From: Chiloscyllium plagiosum | Taxonomy: Eukaryota | NCBI RefSeq assembly: GCF_004010195.1 | Contig: NC_057718.1 | Location: forward strand, 103,408,733-103,446,421 | Length of the DNA: 37,689 nt | Direction: 5' to 3' | Shown here: one piece after another, positions 21,493 through 35,219 of the stretch | Numbering within the stretch: the stretch's first letter is position 1 | How the letters are laid out: each line of letters begins with the position of its first letter | The notes under the pieces: generated by a model | The model's input: the letters and a program-made list of their open reading frames with translations, nothing else | Databases searched by the model: none | What the model was told of the DNA's origin: nothing | Program-made: the position numbers and the translations under genes

Positions 21493-22334
21493 GAAGTCCC
21501 CACATCACTTGGACTCAAGACCAATTAAGAAATGAGACAATTGCAAAGCATCACTGATATTGAGGTTGTAGCTACCACTGTATACTCAGCGAATCAAAAA
21601 CCTAGGATAATGGATTAGAATAAGTCAAGCTTTCTCTGGCTTTACGGTGAGTGTTAACACCAAAGGGTGTTTATATCTGAATCAAAGATTAGCCTGTCCC
21701 TTTCCTGACAATAGGCAATTGTGCAGTCTCATCCCAGCCAGGTTGTGCACACAGCACTGTTTATAAACGTGAACAGTCACAAGCTGTCTGCATAAGGCCT
21801 GTGAACAAATGACACACTGCCTTTAATGGTACAGCTCCACAAATGGGGGAAAAATGTAATCACTCCCCTGCAGCAAACAGCTGGTGCCGACACAGAATCA
21901 TAGTTTGGTTACATCCGAAGACTGAAGCTACACGAAATTTCAAAGTTACTGAAAACCGAAGCCAAGTTTCATGAAGTCATGCTTGGCAAGAGTCTCGGTT
22001 TACTCCTCCTCCTCCTGTAAAAACTCAAGGGTACAGCAGTTGAGCTGCAATGCAAGATTTGTGAGCCAGACAGCAGGATGTGCATGGCAACTCCTCTGCT
22101 TTAGAATGTGGAATATCCCTCAAAAGCTCAGCCAAAAAGAGAAAGGAGCAGATCTCACTTCTGCCTTTTTTTTATTTGCATTTACATTATTTGTGCAAAA
22201 AATACTTCCGGCAACTGCTTCTCACTGACTGTAATCAGAATTTGCCTCAACTCCCTCTGTGTTCAAACTGTTTTGTGAACTCACCACCACCATTTCCCCA
22301 CCTCCCCTCCCCCCACACACCACCCCCCCCCCCC

Positions 22335-22347
22335 NNNNNNNNNNNNN
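22335..22347. other. Assembly gap (13 N) after a poly-C run
   Basis: N characters in the sequence. Confidence 1.
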
Positions 22348-22349
22348 AC

Positions 22350-22660
22350 TGTGTCTCTATCGTTTTCTTCAGCCCCATGACTCTGTGAGATCTCTGCACT
22401 CGGCAGATTCTGATCTCCTGCACTTCCCTGAAATTAATCGCCTCAGCATGGATGGGTATAGGCCTTTGACCATCAAGAGCTGAAACTGTGGGATTCCCTC
22501 CCTCAATCCCTCCTTAAAACAGACTTCTTTGATCCAGCACTAAGTTATCACCCATCATGTCTCTTTATGTGGCTTGGTGTCAAACCTCTGTCTGATAACT
22601 GCTCCTATGATTTACTCTGGGATGTTTTACAATGTTAAAGATACTACATAAGTACACATC
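22350..22660 (+). mobile_element. L2-type LINE 3' end
   Basis: ..ctgtgggattccctccct..ccttaaaacagacttctttgatccagc..ctgggatgttttacaatgttaaag; same family as 30960-31480. Confidence 0.65.
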
Positions 22661-22734
22661 CACGTTACTCCCGACAAACCAGAAGAGAAAATGTTTTAAT
22701 ACTATCTTAATGCTACTTGAAATACCAGAGGTCA

Positions 22735-22865
22735 TACTGGAAAACAGTCATATTAGACTCGAAATGTTAACTCTGCTTTCTCTCTCTGCTGAAGCTGCCA
22801 GACTTGCTGAGTTTCTCCAACAATTTCCAATTTTGTTTCAGATTTCCAGCGTCTAAACTATTTTT
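22735..22865 (+). mobile_element. PLE family A fragment
   Basis: agtcatattagactcgaaatgttaactctg..gctgccagacttgctgagtttctcc. Confidence 0.7.
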
Positions 22866-23484
22866 TTAATTATACCAGCAGTTAAGAGTTTGTTTAGATA
22901 GAGTCCAAGGCATTCAATTGTCTCATCATAGTTTATTCCAACTCAAACTTTGCAGAACTCCACCTATAATGATGCTATACTTTTGACTTTGTTTCTCAAT
23001 GTCACTACTTGTACTGAGGTTTTGTACCTAGGTTCCTTTGTGACTAAGATGTCACCACGTGTGGCAACATTAGACACTTTTCACTGTACCCCTTGAGTGC
23101 AAGTTACAATAAAAAAGCTTAAATTAGAGCTTAAATCCGACATGTTCCCTCTATAAATATATAAGCAATTAGTTAACCCAGTCATCCCTTATTTGACATA
23201 CAGCCATCAGCAAGGCCCTTGTTCCATTTGCTTTCAGGCATCCCTGCCAAATCTGACTCAATGATAACATGCTCTAGGTGAATGCTTAGTGCATCTACAT
23301 GCTGCTCATTCACTCCTCCACCCTCTAGTAGATTCCCCACTGGGCAGGGCAGGTTAAAATCAGCCCTTTGATGTCCTTCAAAAATAAACACTGTCAAAAT
23401 CACCACCTATTACAGTTGTTGAAACTTGCTCTACAAACTGTCCAAATTGAGTACATTGTTACAGTGCTCCACAAAATTCTGATT

Positions 23485-23698
23485 TGGAGATGCCGGTGTT
23501 GGGCTGGGGTGTACAAAGTTACAAATCACACAACACCAGGTTATAGCCCCAACAGGTTTAATTGGAAGCACTAGCTTTTTGCGCGCTGCTCCTTCATCAG
23601 GTCCACCTGACAAAGGAGCAGCGCTCCGAAAGCTAGTGCTTCCAAATAAACCTGTTGGGGCTATAACCTGGTGTTGTGTGATTTTTAACTTTCCACAC
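23485..23698. mobile_element. PLE family B palindrome with back-to-back hammerhead motifs
   Basis: Arms of about 90 bp; cac-ctgacaa-aggagc-agc-gctcc-gaaa-gcta-gtg at 23604-23638 and its mirror at 23569-23603. Confidence 0.85.
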
Positions 23699-24593
23699 AA
23701 TAATGTTCACATCACTGTAATACTGGATGAAGAAAGAATTGAACCAATGTTCATTTAACTTACTCCTTTAATTTTAGATTTAATCCATTACGCTCCATGT
23801 TTCAGAGATGAACACCATGCTTTAATATCATCGTGTCATTGAAATCTGGAGGAATAACACTCCACACTTGGAAAGCTTCCCTTTTGAAAATATTCGGTGA
23901 GTGTGCAAATTAAAGTCTTGCTCCCAAACAACACCATGTGCGTGTGTGCGTCCGTCCGTCCGTGGGGTGGGGGTGAATGGGTGCCAGTCACATTTCACGT
24001 GTTTCTCAGAGGCAGCTACTCCTACAGATCAGCACCAGCTGCAGTCATGTGTCATTTTGCTGACTCAGGGTGTGTGATATTTGATATGTGGGGATTTGCC
24101 CTGGTTGGGGCCAGTCTGAACTTTGTAGAGTTTTTTTAAGAGTTAGTATATCACTTTGAAAAGGCACTTGTTTCAAAATTCAAGCTACCTTATGACTTGT
24201 GCAGAAAGTGGGGGAAGGGTGTCCTTGGGACTGTTAAAAGTAGGCATTAATGTGAATCAAAACAATACAAGTTCACAACTTATTGGAACTATCAAAGATA
24301 AATGACAATAGCATCAAAAGGAACTGTTAATAAGAGCTCTCAAGCTGTCAGGGCATTTAAAACTTCTGCTCTTTAAATTATTTGTAAAACAAAATCCTGC
24401 CTTGAGAATTATGGAAAGAACAATGCTTGCTATTTCACTTTGTCATTTGAAGTAATCTTAAGGGTAACCAAAACTGGATGAGTGATTGCTGCATGACTAA
24501 TTTCACAACTTCACAATATCACAGCAGGGTTCCTGCCATTACAGAAAAACTCCAAGTGATTATAGACTCACTGAAGTTTGCCTACAAATTCCA

Positions 24594-24782
24594 AGCAAAA
24601 ATAGAAATTACTGAAAAAACACAGCAGGTCTGGCAGCATCTGTGAATTCATTCTGAAGAAGAGTCACTGGACCTGAAATGTTAACTTTGCTTTCTCTCCA
24701 ATAGATGTTGACAGACCTGCTGTGGTTTTCCAGCAATTTCTGTTTGTGTTTCTGATTTTCAGCATCTGGAGTTTGTTTTTGT
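24594..24782. mobile_element. PLE family A palindrome, near-intact hammerhead motif at 24653-24685
   Basis: ctgaaga-agagtc-actg-gacct-gaaa-tgtt-aac with inverted arms. Confidence 0.8.
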
Positions 24783-27597
24783 TATGAATTCCAATGCTTG
24801 TTTGCCTCAGAAAGAAGTCTTTCCCAAGAGCTGTAAATGCGCAGTTCAGGCACTGCCCTCTCTCACCCTTTCTGTCTGGACAACATCACAGAGTTAGAAC
24901 ACTCCAACACAGAAGTGTCCAATGCCTGTCATGAGGAACCGAGAAATTAGGCCCTTGCAACTTTGATAGTGACTGCGGAAACTCAGTCCAACCAAACTCA
25001 GTCCAACAATTCAGGTTGATTTGCTTAGAGCCTGCAGCGTTCCAGAAACTGAGAAACATACTTTGGCAAAGCAAAAGGGAAAAAAATGAAATATGAGATT
25101 AAACACCAATGGGATTGTTCCTGGATTGCAATCTTTAGATATTTCAGAAGACGGCAATTTGCCATGAAATTCCCTTTCAAATCCCAAAGACCAATGATTC
25201 CCAAGAGCTATTAGAACAACTCCACAAAATTCTCTCCACGCCACGTACCAAGGAATATTTACAATTCCTTTTGCTTTGAGTTAGCCAACTCATGGTTGAC
25301 ATAGTTGAGACTCTGACAATAGGTTATAAAAGGAAAAAAATAGCAGCTAGAATAAACAATATTTCAACGCTGCAAGTATTAAGGGCACAGTTAGCAATTT
25401 TTCATGTAGATAGTTATTGGGATATGGAATGCACTACCATAGGGGGATGTTCAAGTTGAGTTAAACATTGTACTTAAAAAGGAATTAAGCAAACATACTT
25501 AAGAGGCAAAATGCGCAAAGGTGCATGGATGAGAGTTTGTAACCGCTGAGGAAGAGCTCGGACTGGGTGGGTACAGTGTGTAATGTGTCTGCAATGAAAC
25601 CTATGGGATCTAAACATGCTCAAATGTAGCACATTCAATTAAGAGACAAAGAAAAGTCAGTTCCTGAAGCTGTGAAACATCACACACTTACATTATACAC
25701 AATCTCGATTCTGAGAAACTTCTGCACCTTTTTCCCTTTGAACACTGAATCCCAGCTCTAAAAACAAGACTGTTGTAAGGAATTGTTCCCCAAGTTGCCA
25801 CATAGACACCTTCCTGCTGATATTTAAAATTACAGACCACCTTGTAAATGTTGAGCACTGTGTCCCCTTTGTCAGTCTGTATGAATTTGAACATTAAAAC
25901 TACAGGAAATGAAATCCAGATAACCCAAGCTTTGTAAAAATACTGCAGCTTTCTCAGAATGTCCTGTGCAACTCCAGTGAAAATTCATTTTACAAGAACA
26001 ATTTCTTTTTATGTATCTCAGACTATGGTGTTGGATACCTGCAGTGTAATCATTTCTATTAATAATCCAAACACGCTTACAAACACAAGTTTTACAGCTT
26101 GAATTATGGAGTTTGGTGAAGTATTCCTGCAGAGTTATGTTTATCCAAAAGGGTAAGGGTTAAAACAATGTGTTATGAGACTGAAAGAAGTTGTAAAAGA
26201 GTAATTATAAATAAAAGAATAGTCTGCAGCCTGGCGGAGTCATTTATACTATCGCAACAGGACAGCCTTGAATTTTCAAATAACAGGGATTCAGATTTTA
26301 ATGCTGGAAATTCTAGAAGCTTTTGGACTGGATGTGTAACTGTACAAAATCTTTCCTCTTCTGAACTGAGTTTTTTTCCCACCACAAAAAAAATCTGCAA
26401 ACAAGAAGCGATATACCTTTGAAAGCCCTGAACCTCACTGGCATGAAATTACCTGGTGCTTGCTTGATTCAACGTCTTTTGTTTTGCTTTGTAGTGTTAC
26501 CATGTCCAATGCTGGCACACTTCCAGGATTTACTGAGTCTCCGTGCACACCAGGGAGTTTAAACCAGTTCAGATTGATCTGACTCAGTTTCAGTTTGTAC
26601 ACGCTAAGGCAGAAACCAATCCAACATACCCTGTAAAACTTCATTGGATGTGGTTTACTGCAAACTCAATCAAGCTGTTCTTTTTCCTTAACTAATGTGC
26701 ACAGAAGAGCACTTTGGCATATCTATGTATTACTATGACAGCGAGTGATTTAAATAGTTTTTAGTTTGCATATTGAGGTCAAGTAAAACCTGCAGCCATT
26801 TTTCAAACTGTACTCGGGCAACGAAAAAATCAGGTTCAAATTTCACTCAAAGAGTCTAATGGAAACATACACAGAGGCTGTATCCAGACAAGACAGGTTT
26901 GGATCTGCACACAATATAAAATACATTAACTATATTGAGTGTCACTGGACATTTTATCACGCTTCTGAAGTGAAAAACTAATAATGTAAGTAAAAAAATT
27001 AATTCCATGGAATTCATATTGCTGATTTAAGCAGGTGAATATTTAGTGTGTTTATGTGGCATTTGTTATTTTAATTGCTGTTGGGGAACGTTATTAAAAT
27101 CCAGTGGATATTTGTCCATTTCTGTTTAATGATTTCTTAGTTTTAGATGGATATTGCTCAGTTTCTGTTCACCAAAGGTGTAAGGGACGTAGGGTCAAGG
27201 TGGTTGTAGGGAGTTAGGTCGCAGATCAGCCCTGACCTCCATGAATTGGAGACCAGCTCACAGACACTGGATGGTCTCCACCTTTCCCTATGCCACAGAA
27301 TAGGCAACTCTAGGATATTTTTCCTCCAATGTAACAGCACACTGCAAAGTGGCATTGAGCCAGATCTGCAACTGATATTCCTGAACTCAATAAAGGAACT
27401 ATAAAACGAATCATGAAAATAATTCTGCTTCTTTGAAAATGTTGTCTGTGGTTATGAGTAAAGTAATACTCTGCAGCTTGACCTATTCATTCATTCAAGT
27501 GCCAAAGCACATCATGATAGAATCTGTGACAGTTGACAGAGTGACATGGCAAATGTTTGTTCATCAAACTATTATCCAATTTGTGGGTATCAGTAAC

Positions 27598-27880
27598 ACA
27601 CCACTCACCTTCCAAACCTGGGACCACTTCCATTTGGAAGGCTAAGGGCAGCAGATACATGGGAGCCCCTGCAAGTTCCCCTCCAAGCCACTCAACTGAC
27701 TTGGAAATATATTGCTGTTGCTTCAGTGTCACTGGGTCAAAATCACAGAATTCCTTCCATGGGGGCAGCTACATGCCAAGGACTGCAGCAGCTCAAGACA
27801 ACATCATCTTCTCAAGGGACAACTTGGGATGGGCATTAAACGCTGGCGCTGCCAGCAACGCCCACATCCTAAGAATGAAA
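27598..27880 (+). mobile_element. CR1/L2-group LINE 3'UTR
   Basis: Homologous to 35940-36345. Confidence 0.8.
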
Positions 27881-28114
27881 TGGTTCTGCTTTCTCACCCT
27901 CACTTGCACATCAAGGAACAAAGAGATCCCACAGTTCTCAAACTAACATCAACAAATGTCCACTGCTAACTTTAACTACTACAGTGCATAGGGTGAAAAC
28001 AAAACCTGAAGGATTTCAGTTCACTCCCATTCTGCTGATATTATAAATTAAACTTCTTAAATCCTGTTTCCATTTCAAAGTGCCTGACACCTACCAATCC
28101 TCTGAAGTTGCCAA

Positions 28115-28615
28115 TAGGAAGGATGTTGTGCAACTGGAAATGGTTCAGAAAAAATTCACAAGGATGTTGCCAGGGTTGGAGGGTTTGAGCTATAGGGCGA
28201 GGCTGAATAGACTGGGGCTGTTTCCCTAGAGTATCAGAGGCTGAGGGGTGACCTTCTAGAGGTTCATAAAATCATGAGGGGCATGGAGAGGGTAAATCGA
28301 CAAGGTCTTTTCCACAGGGTAGCAGAGTCAAAAATGAGAGGGCATAGGTTTAGGGTGAGAGGGGAAGGATATAAAATGGATCTAAGGGGCAACTTTTCAC
28401 ACCCAGGGTGCTACGTGTATGGAACGAGCTGTCAGAGGAAGTGGTGCAGGCTAGTACAATTGCAACATTTAAAAGGCATCCAGATGGGTATATGAATAGG
28501 AAGGGTTTGGAGGGATATGGGCCGGGTGCTGGCAGATTGGGTTGGGATATCTGGTCAGCATGAACAAGTTGGATCGAAGGGTCTGTTTCCGTGCCGTAAA
28601 TCTCTATGACTCTAA
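28115..28615 (+). mobile_element. CR1/HER1 LINE 3' end
   Basis: RKDVVQLEMVQKKFTRMLPGLEGLSYRARLNRLGLF; ctctatgactcta tail. Confidence 0.92.
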
Positions 28616-28769
28616 GTCAACTTAATTGCATCAAAATCAATTCAAGGAGGCAAGACATCCCTTGCTTTTCCAGTCAGCTGGGTTGGACACTAAAGCTGGT
28701 GTTGCAAGTGATTCCTATGTCCCCCAGTTAATTTCAGAAATGATCCAATAAATTATTGTCTAGCTAACA

Positions 28770-29190
28770 TGAACATGGAAGCCATGAGCAGGAATAGGCC
28801 ATTCGGTCCCTTGAACCTACTCCATCAATCAATCTAATTGTGACTGACTTGAGTGTGATCTCATTGCCCATTCCTGCCGACCTGCACCCTGGTTAGTCAG
28901 AAATCTACCACCTCAGCCTCAAAACTATTCAATTACCTCCCTCCTGCCCCAACCTCCACACCACTGTCGAGGGAAGAGAATTCTCCTTCAAGAGTAAGAA
29001 AATGACCAAATCTGCTCAGAATCTGACATGCTTCAATATCTTTACCTCTCATTCTGCTCAACTCCAGTGAGCACAAGACCAACATTTCCTCATTAAAAAA
29101 ATCACTCATTGCAGTCAACGGAGTCTTCTCTGATCTGCTTCTAACACATTCCTTTCTCAAAAAAGGAAAAAAAAATGACTGTGAAAGCTA
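28770..29190 (-). mobile_element. Old CR1 3' fragment
   Basis: gagcaggaataggccattcgg tail; degenerate LELSRMRGKDIEACQIL. Confidence 0.65.
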
Positions 29191-29444
29191 CTCCGTATTC
29201 ACAAACTGCTTACAAGACCTACAAAGACCTACAGTCACACATTAAGTCATTGACTCTTAATGTCCTTCAGGACAATGAAAACCAGGAAATAAGTATTTTC
29301 TTGGCAGTCTTAACACCACAACAACCATATATAAAACAATAACAGTTCTCTACCTCTTTCTCATATGATCACAGGGATGTGGGCATCACTTGCTATGCCA
29401 GTGTTTACTGCCCATCTCCAACTGCCCAGAGGATAAGACAGCCA

Positions 29445-29690
29445 CAGAGAGCACAGAGCGCAGAAACACACCCTTTAGTCCAACATGTCGAACTAATCCC
29501 AATCTAAACTAGTGCCACCTGCCTGCTCCTGGCCCATCTCCCTCCAAACCTTTCCTATTCATGTACTTATCCAAGTGTGTTTTATGTATTGTAAATTGTA
29601 CCCACATCCACCACTTCATTCTACATGCAAACCACCCGCTGCATAAAAAAATTTCCCCTCATAACTTTTTAAAATCTCTCTCCTCTTCTC
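29445..29690 (-). mobile_element. CR1/HER1 tail nested in a minus-strand SINE (29365-29940)
   Basis: Matches 7300-7560; flanks gggatgtgggcatc..cccatctccaactgccc and gcagatttcctttcc..agtgaagcagatggg belong to the 13720 SINE family. Confidence 0.75.
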
Positions 29691-30959
29691 TGGGGTCACA
29701 ATTTAACCAGGCCACACAAGGAACGCAGATTTCCTTTCCTCAAGGGCAGTAGTGAAGCAGATGGGGTTTTAAGACAAATAGTTACATATGTGCCATTAGA
29801 CCTGCTTTCCATTCCATATTTTTGTTGAATTGAAATTCCAACATCAGCTGTGTTGCGATTTGCACCCACACCCCAAGAATATTAACCTAACGCTCTAAGA
29901 TCACGCGCTGAGTGATAACACCACTTACACCACCTCCTCCCAACTTTACCTGACAAACTCAATAATGTGGCCAATACTTTACATTCCAAGCTTTATGTTG
30001 CAGTTCAACAAAAGGAATGAAAAAATTCAACATTTTTTTTTGATTTATTTAGTATTAAAGTTTTAGGTGCAGTGCAATGTAATATTGGGCACAGTGCCAT
30101 CAATATGTTGTCCCTTAGGTTTCCGCTTGCTGCTCAGTGCTCTGTGTAGGCAACTCGCATTGACGCTATGATCAAAGCCATGTCATGTGGATAACCTTCA
30201 GTTCAAAGCCACCTATAGCTGATGGTTTACAGTTCAATGAGACAGCTATGGTACTTTTGTTCTGTTTATATTACACGTCCCTTGTAAATGCACTTAACGA
30301 AAGGGTTCATTAAATATTTGTGCAGGCGCGCAACCACAAAGTGAATTAATTCCACCAGCTAGAGGCACTCAGAAAAGGCGCCCAATGTACAGGGCTGATT
30401 TTAACTCCTGCAAGCTTCATAAGAAATAACAGCAGGAGTGGGTGATTTGGCACTTTGACAAGATCATGGACAACTCACCCCCAAGCCTCATCTCCCCTTT
30501 TGTGCCAGCTTCTCAACTCCTAAAAATCTACCTCCTCTTTAGGTGCTTCCAGTGATCTAATCTCTACAGCTTTCTGGGGGGAACAAACTTCCAGCATTCA
30601 TGCCCTTTTAGTCTCCTGCACAAACCTGGCAGGAGCAGGAGGAGATCAGTACGAGGCAGTGGGATATAACAAGCCTCCAGCAGCTGACCTGAAGGAGTTC
30701 CCCCACACTGCTGCCTAGCTCTCAGGGAAGTGGGCTGGGTGCTAACAGGAAGTACCGGGGAGTGGGGGAGGCTTCTGAGGGTGGGGGGAGAAAAGGTCCT
30801 AGAAGTCTGAGCAGAGGTTCCCACATGGGAACACAGGCTGCCTGTCTGAGTTGGAGGTAAGCCATTGTGCTTTTCCCATGCAGGCTCCTCTGAGAATTAC
30901 ACCTAGTCTCTGAAAGGATCACCATTGCCTGTCCTGTTCTGCATGTCGCTTCAGCACTC

Positions 30960-31480
30960 GTGATCACTGACCTACTTTGGCTCCTGGTCTGGCCACACCT
31001 CTGTTTCAAGATTCTCACCCTTTCTCCAAGATGCTCCACAGTCTTATCTCTCCCAATCTCACTAATTTCCTCCACCTCCAAACCCCTCTGAGAAACCCAT
31101 GTTTCTCTCACCCTTCTTTCTTGACCATCCCTCCAATTTCCATCACTCCGGCACTGGCAGCCAGGCTTTCAGCTGCCTGGACCCTGAGCTCTGCAATCCC
31201 CTCCCTCATCCCTCTCTGCCTGTCAGATGCTCTCTGCCTATCCAGCCCCCAAACCTGAAGAAGGGTTATACCCAAACGTTGACTCTCCACCTCCTGATGC
31301 TGCCTGGCTTGTTGTGTTCTTCCAGCCTCCTGCTCGTCTACTTCAGCTGCTCCTTAAAGACAAACTCTTTGGCCAGGCATTAATGTATCAGCCCTAACAT
31401 CTGTTTATGTGCCTCAATGCCAGAATTTGGTTCATTATGTTCCTGTGAAGCCCCTTGAGATAGTTGAACATGTTACAGGC
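30960..31480 (+). mobile_element. L2-type LINE 3' end with a PLE family D remnant (about 31240-31343) inserted
   Basis: ggctttcagctgcctggaccctgagctctgcaat..ctccttaaagacaaactcttt; insert ctgaaga-agggt-tat-accc-aaacgttgac..gatgctgcctggctt. Confidence 0.7.
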
Positions 31481-32264
31481 TCAATGGAAATACAGATTGA
31501 GAGTGTTGCTAAGAAACACTTGGCTTCACTGCCTGAAACAATGGGGTTAGGAATAAATCCTGCAGAAGCCAATCGAATAGATGAAGATAAGGGGGTGAGG
31601 GTTCTGTTTACATTAACTGGCACTCCCCTCCTGGTTTTGACAAGCAGATAGGGTTAAAACTAGCCACAACCACAAATTGATTACCAGTCCTTGTGAGTAG
31701 TCACCTAACACAATCTGATGATCTTGAACACGTTCCTTTCTCTTAAAATGATCTTTATTGTCTTTCGGTATTTTCTCCACCTCTCGGGTGCTTCCCCCCA
31801 CCACACCACCAGCCCTCCCAGCCCAAACCTACCAACAATATTGACTCTGTATCGATCAATCTGCAACATTTAAAGACCTTTTTTAAGTGTGTTACATGAT
31901 GACTGGGGTAAAAGTGCAAAATGGTCAAATTGTGAAATCTGACCATTCCTTATTGATCACGAATTACTGGAGATTACTTGGGACAGAACAGGTAATTTGA
32001 AAGTTCGTTTGGAAGAACTGGATGCTATTGGATGGGGATTGGATTGTTTAAATTCCAGTCTCTATCACGGTGAAGCCTGCGTTAGCTTTTTGGCCAGGGA
32101 ACATAAGGAAGTACTCTATATCAAAAAGAGCACTTACTCATAACACACCTTCCACACAGTGAAATGGCCCAAGGCTTTTCACATTAGCAGTTAGCAAACA
32201 GAATTTGACACAATGCCACACAAGGACATTTAAGGGCAGATGAATAAAAACACAGTGAAAGAAG

Positions 32265-33160
32265 TGGATAATACAAAAATTGGTGGAGTTGCGGATAGTG
32301 AGGAGGACTGTCAGAGGATACAGCAGGATATAGATCAGTTGGAGGCATGGGCAGAAAAATGGCAGATGGAGTTTAATCTGGACAAATATGAGATGATGCA
32401 TTTGGAAGGTCAAGTACAAGTGGAAATTATACAGTGAATGTCAGAACCCTTAGGAGTATTGATACGCAGAGGGATCTGGGTGTGCAGGTCTACAGCTCAC
32501 TGAAGGTGGCAGTGCTGGTAGATAATGTAGTAAAAAAGGCCTGTGGCATGCTTACCTTCATTGGAAAGGGCATTGAGTATAAGGATAGATAAGTTATGCT
32601 GCAGCTTGATAAAATTTTAGTTAGGCTTGGAATATTGTGAACAATTCTGGTCAGAAGGATGTAGATGCTTTGGAGAGGTTAAAGAAAAGGTTTACCAGGA
32701 TGTTGCCTAGTGTGGGGGATTTTAGCGATGAAGAAAGGTTAGATAGCCTGGGATTGTTTTCACTGGAACGCAGGAGGTTGAGGGGCAACCTGATAGAAGT
32801 TTATAAGATTGTGATTATGGATAGAGCGGCAAGTATGAGGCTTTTTCTCAGGGTGGAGGGGTCAATTACTGGGGGAACACAGGTTCACGGTGTGAGGACA
32901 GGAGTTTAAAAGAGATGTGCGAGGCAGGTGTTTCACACAAAGGATGGGGAGTACCTGGAACATGCTGCCAGAGGAGAGGGGGTGGAAGCAGACACAATAG
33001 CAGCATTCAAGTAGCACCTGGACGGATACATGAACAGGAAGGGAATAGAGAGGTATGGACCCTGTAAGGGAAGACAGTTTTAGTATGGAAGGGCAAAACG
33101 TGTCAGCACAGGCTTGGAGGGCCGAAGGACCTGTTCCTGTGCTGTATTGTTCTCTGTTCT
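32265..33160 (+). mobile_element. CR1/HER1 LINE ORF2 3' region, frameshifted, inserted in a minus-strand L2 remnant
   Basis: DNTKIGGVADSEEDCQRIQQDIDQLEAWAEKWQMEFN (ADDTK region) and RFTRMLP..LERRRLRGNLIEVYKI. Confidence 0.93.
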
Positions 33161-33377
33161 CAGCAGGCTCTGGTGGGTGGTGGGAGGAAAGAGGGAGAGA
33201 GTTTTAGGGAGGTAATTCTAGAGCTCAGGCAGATGTAGCTATGGCCACCAATGGTTGACACTCAGGGGACTCAAGAGGTCAGAAGTAGACTATGGCACTC
33301 ACTTGATATCACACGGGGAACCCCCAAGGACCTGTCACCACTCTCTAATCTGTTACTAGAATCACCAAATAATTTTG

Positions 33378-33720
33378 CTTATTTAGATGTGGGTGTCACT
33401 GTCTTGGGCAGCATTTATTGTCCATCCCTAATTGCCTAGAGGGCAGTTGTAAGGATCAACCACATTGCTGTGGGTCTGGAGTCACATACAGGCCTGGCAA
33501 GGATGGCAGCTTTCCATCCCTGAAAGGCATAGGTGAACAATTAACAATGTGACATTGTTAATTTGTGTGACAATTAACAATGACTACCATTAGGTTAGTT
33601 TTTGCCCCTCTTGAATTCAAATTCCAGCCTCAACCATGATGAGGTTTGAATCCAGATCACTGGAGCATTTGCCGAGAGTTCTAGCGCACTCATCCAATGA
33701 CATTACCACTCTGCCACCTG
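33378..33720 (-). mobile_element. SINE (13720 family)
   Basis: cagcatttattgtccatccctaattgcc, caaccacattgctgtgggtctggagtcacat, ttgaattcaaattcca. Confidence 0.8.
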
Positions 33721-34719
33721 CAACAAAGTAGACATGGTCAGTCAGGGGCAGAATCGTAGGCAAACAAGGAAAACAGGGACAGAAGGAGGCCTTTCAGCCC
33801 TTTGAGTCTGTTCCATCATCCAATATGAATATAAGCCTAGCCCTCAACTCCAGGTGACCAATTAGAGTCACACAATGACATTTAATGGGTATTTGAACTG
33901 AGGGAGTAAGGTAGTTTAAAGGAGGATTAATCTGAGACTTTACTGAGAGCATCTGATGCCAGAGAGACTAACATCTGCCTGAGTGTTTGCCATATCAATG
34001 ATGTAATGGTGTTGGGCACTGGCCAATTTACCTTTGCTATTAAAGTCTTTGAATATACTTTCATAACAAGATGTCTTGCACAGAACAAGCATGCAGTTAA
34101 CCCAGTGAGGAGGTAAACCTAGGAACAGAGGACTAATTCCTCTTTATAAGCTGTTACTGTCTGGCTCAGCACAGATAAAAGCCCCCAAGACAGATGGTCA
34201 GATCTGCTTCCCAGGCCATCTACCATTACTTGTCAAATCGGCATGGGTTGGTTCTGTCAATTTGAGTCTTTTCATCGAGAGCAGGGAAAGTCAGAGGTGG
34301 ATTTGGTGGGGGGGGAGAGCTTGAATTTATCGCTGTAGAACAGGTGAGGCAGTTACACAAAGAAAAACTGTGACCAAAAGACGGCAGTCATTATTTATAA
34401 CAGTGATAAAACAGCAAAATAGACATTTCAAATCTGATAGCAAATGGCAATTGTATTACGTTGGTGAGGTGGGATTATTTCACTTCTCAAATGTTCCTTT
34501 TGTTGTAAGACAGCTTTAATGCTTAGGAAGGCACTGCATATTAAAAAAGACTGCACAGGTGGATATTTTACAAAATTCAAAATTTCAATTGAAACTCAAC
34601 AATCTGCTCTGGATTTAAAATTTAACAGATTAAAATCTCAATTTATTAAATGGAACAGTTGGTAGTGGAGTACATTAGAACCTCTGACCCCTTAAAAAAA
34701 GGTTAAAAACATAGAAAGG

Positions 34720-35135
34720 CTTACATTTATATAGCGCTTTTCATGACTATCAGACATGTCGAAGGGCTTCACAGTCATTAAAGTCCAGTCACTGGCGTCA
34801 TGTCATGAAGCTGGAAGTCAATTTGCACACAGCAAGCTCCCACAAACAACACTGTGATAATGAACAGATAATCTGCATTGTTTGTGATGCTGATTGAGGG
34901 ACAATTGTTACTCAGGGCATCATGAATAATTCCCCACGTTCCTCTTTGAGATAGTGATATTGATCTTTTATATTAACCTGTGCCCTTGGTTTCACATCCC
35001 ACCTGAAGGACAACACAGTGATAATAGCAGCACACCCCCAGTACTGGACCGGAATGTCAGCCTGGGTTATTCTGCCTAAGGGCTGCATTGGAATGTAAAC
35101 ACAGTATCTTGTGACCTAGAGCAACAGTAACCATG
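34720..35135 (-). mobile_element. Deu-domain-type SINE (SacSINE1-like), near full length
   Basis: catttatatagcgctttt tail; gcacacagcaagctcccacaaac core; gcagcac..cagtactg..tgtcagcct toward the head. Confidence 0.6.
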
Positions 35136-35219
35136 TCCTATCACCCATCTTTCCACCCTATCCCCATGTTCTTTGATATTCCTGGAGACAAAAATTGTGT
35201 GTCCTCTATACTTGAATCG

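Noticed and set aside
26145..26162. aagggtaagggt resembling the start (HPYP) of the preceding MEIS exon
   Set aside because: No AG acceptor, and the following sequence does not encode SEEQKKQLAQD.
30350..30370. CTCF-like ccaccagctagaggcac
   Set aside because: Spacing does not fit the core consensus.
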